Shown piece by piece: positions 61,620-64,000 of a stretch of DNA of 64,000 nucleotides (its first letter is position 1; the number at the start of each line of letters is the position of its first letter). The notes below the pieces were generated by a model. The model was not told where the DNA came from and searched no databases. It saw only the letters and a list, made by a program, of their open reading frames with translations. Made by a program: the position numbers and the translations under genes. The stretch spans positions 124,001 to 188,000 of the forward strand of contig JASTWF010000338.1 of the NCBI GenBank assembly GCA_030390025.1, written 5' to 3'. Origin of the DNA: Squalus acanthias (Eukaryota).

Positions 61620-64000
61620 TCACGTCATGTATCGTGACATAAACCCAAGATCCCGATTGAGACCGTCTTCATGAGTTCGGAACTTGGCTATCAGTTTCTG
61701 CTCGATGATTTTGCGTTGTCGTGTGTTTCTAAGGTTGCCTTGGAGAACGCTTACCCGCAGATCCGAGGCTGAATGTCCTTGACTGCTGAAGTGTTCCCCG
61801 ACTGGGAGGTAACAATCCTGCCTGGCGATTGTTGCGCGGTGCTCGTTCATACGTTGTCTCAGTGTCTGCATGGTCTCGCCGATGTACCATGCCGCGGTGC
61901 ATTCTTTCCTGCAACGTATGAGGTAGACAACGTTGGCCGAGTCACATGAGTATGTACCATGTACCTGGTGGGTAGTGTCCTCACGTGTGATGGTGGTATC
62001 TGTGTTGATGATCTGGCATGTCTTGCAGAGTTTGCCATGGCAGGGTTGTGTGGTGTCGTGGTCGCTGTTATCCTGAAAGCTGGGTAATTTGCTGCGAACG
62101 ATGGTACTTCTGAGGTTAGGCGGCTGTTTGAAGGCAAGTAGTGGAGGCGTGGGGATGGCCTTAGCGAGGTGTTTGTCGTCATCGATGACATGTTGAAGGC
62201 TGCGAAGAACATGTCGTAGTTTCTCCGCTCCGGGGAAGTACTGGACGACGTAGGGTACCCTGTTGGTTGTGTCCCGTGTTTGCCTTCTGAGGAGGTCTAT
62301 GCGATTTTTCGCTGTGGCCCGTCGGAACTGTCGATCGATGAGTCGAGCGTCATATCCCGTTCTTACGAGGGCGTTTTTCAGCGTCCGTAGGTGTCCATCG
62401 CGTTCCTCCTCGTCTGAGCAGATCCTGTGTATTCGCAGGGCTTGTCCATAGGGGATGGCTTCTTTAACATGGTTAGGGTGGAAGCTGGAGAAGTGGAGCA
62501 TCGTGAGGTTGTCCGTGGGCTTGCGGTAGAGTGAAGTGCTGAGGTGTCCGTCTTTGATGGAGATTCGTGTGTCCAGGAATGAGACCGATTCTGAGGAGTA
62601 GTCCATGGTGAGTTTGATGGTGGGATGGAACTTGTTTATGTTATCGTGTAGTCTTTTCAGTGATCCTTCGCCATGGGTCCAAAGGAAGAAAATGTCGTCG
62701 ATGTATCTGGTGTACAGCGTTGGCTGGAGGTCCTGTGCAGCGAAGAAGTCTTGCTCGAACTTGTGCATGAAGATGTTGGCGTATTGGGGTGCGAATTTGG
62801 TCCCCATGGCTGTTCCGTGTGTTTGGGTAAAAAAATGGTTGTCGAAGGTGAAGACATTGTGGTCAAGGATGAAGCGGATGAGTTGTAGGATGGCGTCTGG
62901 AGATTGGCTGTTGTTGATGTTGAGTACTGAGGCTGTTGCAGCGATGCCGTCATCGTGGGGGATACTGGTGTAGAGTGCCGATACGTCCATCGTGGCAAGG
63001 AGTGTTCCTGGTTCAACTGGTCCGTGGGTGCTGAGTTTCTGTAAGAAGTCTGTAGTGTCGCGACAGAAGCTGGGGGTTCCCTGTACGATGGGTTTCAGAA
63101 TGCCCTCGACGTATCCAGAGAGGTTCTCACACAGGGTTCCATTGCCTGATACGATAGGACGTCCGGGTGTGTTGGCTTTGTGTATCTTTGGGAGGCAGTA
63201 GAAGTCTCCCACGCGGGGAGTACGTGGGATGAGAGCGCGTAGGATGTTTTGAAGGTCTGGATCAAAGGTCTTGATCAGTCTATTGAGTTGGCGGGTGTGT
63301 TCTTTGGTCGGATCTGCGGGTAGCTGTCTGTAGTGTTCCTGGTTGTCCAGTTGTCGGTATGCTTCTTTACAATAGTCCGTTCTGTTCTGTATGACGATGG
63401 CTCCTCCTTTGTCCGCTGGTTTGATGACAATGTTGCGGTTGGTCTTGAGAGCGTGGATGGCGTTGCGTTGTGCTCGGGTGACATTCTGGACTGTCTTGTG
63501 AGTGCGGCTGATGAATCTGGCGTTGATGCATTTCCTGACAGCTTGAGCATACATGTCAAGCTTGGGGCAGCGACCCTCCGGAGGGGTCCAGTTTGACTCT
63601 TTTTTCTTCGGTTGCTGCACTGCGAGTCCCTCTGTCTGCTGTTCTGGATCATTGATTGTCTCATTGGGTTTGTTGCTGACATCTTGGGATTTGTGGAAGT
63701 ATTCCCGGAGCCTCATTCTCCTGATGAATTCCTCCGTGTCTGCCGCGAGACCGATGGGGTCCATTTTGGTGGTTGGGCAGAACTTGAGCCCTAGGGCGAG
63801 AACTTCGATTTCGTCTGGTTGAAGGGTGTGGTCCGACAGGTTGACGATGGACTTCCCTGTGGTTGCAACCATGGTACCGGGGGAGGCTTGGTTGCTGCTG
63901 GTGGTGATGCCGAGTTTCTCAAGCTTCCTGTTCTTGATGCGCATGTAGGCAGCGTAGTTCCGTTGCCTCGTCTGTTTGGTGGTGTCTCGTAACTGGTCTG
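61620..64000 (-). CDS. Second Penelope-like RT / GIY-YIG ORF, 5' end beyond the window
   Basis: Translation identical to copy 1 over the visible 774 aa. Confidence 0.93.
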   Translation of the reverse strand, partial: DQLRDTTKQTRQRNYAAYMRIKNRKLEKLGITTSSNQASPGTMVATTGKSIVNLSDHTLQPDEIEVLALGLKFCPTTKMDPIGLAADTEEFIRRMRLREYFHKSQDVSNKPNETINDPEQQTEGLAVQQPKKKESNWTPPEGRCPKLDMYAQAVRKCINARFISRTHKTVQNVTRAQRNAIHALKTNRNIVIKPADKGGAIVIQNRTDYCKEAYRQLDNQEHYRQLPADPTKEHTRQLNRLIKTFDPDLQNILRALIPRTPRVGDFYCLPKIHKANTPGRPIVSGNGTLCENLSGYVEGILKPIVQGTPSFCRDTTDFLQKLSTHGPVEPGTLLATMDVSALYTSIPHDDGIAATASVLNINNSQSPDAILQLIRFILDHNVFTFDNHFFTQTHGTAMGTKFAPQYANIFMHKFEQDFFAAQDLQPTLYTRYIDDIFFLWTHGEGSLKRLHDNINKFHPTIKLTMDYSSESVSFLDTRISIKDGHLSTSLYRKPTDNLTMLHFSSFHPNHVKEAIPYGQALRIHRICSDEEERDGHLRTLKNALVRTGYDARLIDRQFRRATAKNRIDLLRRQTRDTTNRVPYVVQYFPGAEKLRHVLRSLQHVIDDDKHLAKAIPTPPLLAFKQPPNLRSTIVRSKLPSFQDNSDHDTTQPCHGKLCKTCQIINTDTTITREDTTHQVHGTYSCDSANVVYLIRCRKECTAAWYIGETMQTLRQRMNEHRATIARQDCYLPVGEHFSSQGHSASDLRVSVLQGNLRNTRQRKIIEQKLIAKFRTHEDGLNRDLGFMSRYMT

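Larger units (their letters stand above)
58068..64000 (-). mobile_element. Head-to-tail tandem of Neptune-type Penelope-like retroelements, 3137-bp period, running off the window
   Basis: 58068-60863 is repeated at 61205-64000; both copies encode RT plus GIY-YIG. Confidence 0.96.

Overview
Eukaryotic, repeat-saturated DNA with no recognisable host protein-coding gene. The repeat repertoire (DeuSINE-like SINE, CR1/L2 LINEs, 67-bp satellite, GC-rich MITEs) resembles a cartilaginous fish; this is my recollection, not a database result. From left to right: (1) a ~9.6 kb 67-bp satellite and a 27-bp minisatellite; (2) an 8.24 kb class I (epsilon/gamma-like) endogenous retrovirus on the minus strand, with a tRNA-Gln PBS, intact gag, a TGA read-through pol carrying one nonsense codon, a vestigial env, clearly diverged LTRs and no TSD; (3) a mosaic of CR1/L2/SINE/MITE fragments, a probable solo LTR and relics of a second retrovirus-like lineage, of which ~9 kb is duplicated ~26 kb downstream; (4) a 31-bp minisatellite; (5) a very young head-to-tail tandem (3137-bp period) of Neptune-type Penelope-like retroelements with open RT + GIY-YIG frames (one complete ORF, one cut by the window edge). 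Each Penelope unit carries a minimal hammerhead ribozyme, and an older relative shows compensatory stem changes in that ribozyme. Coordinates of degraded repeats are approximate and identities were judged by eye.
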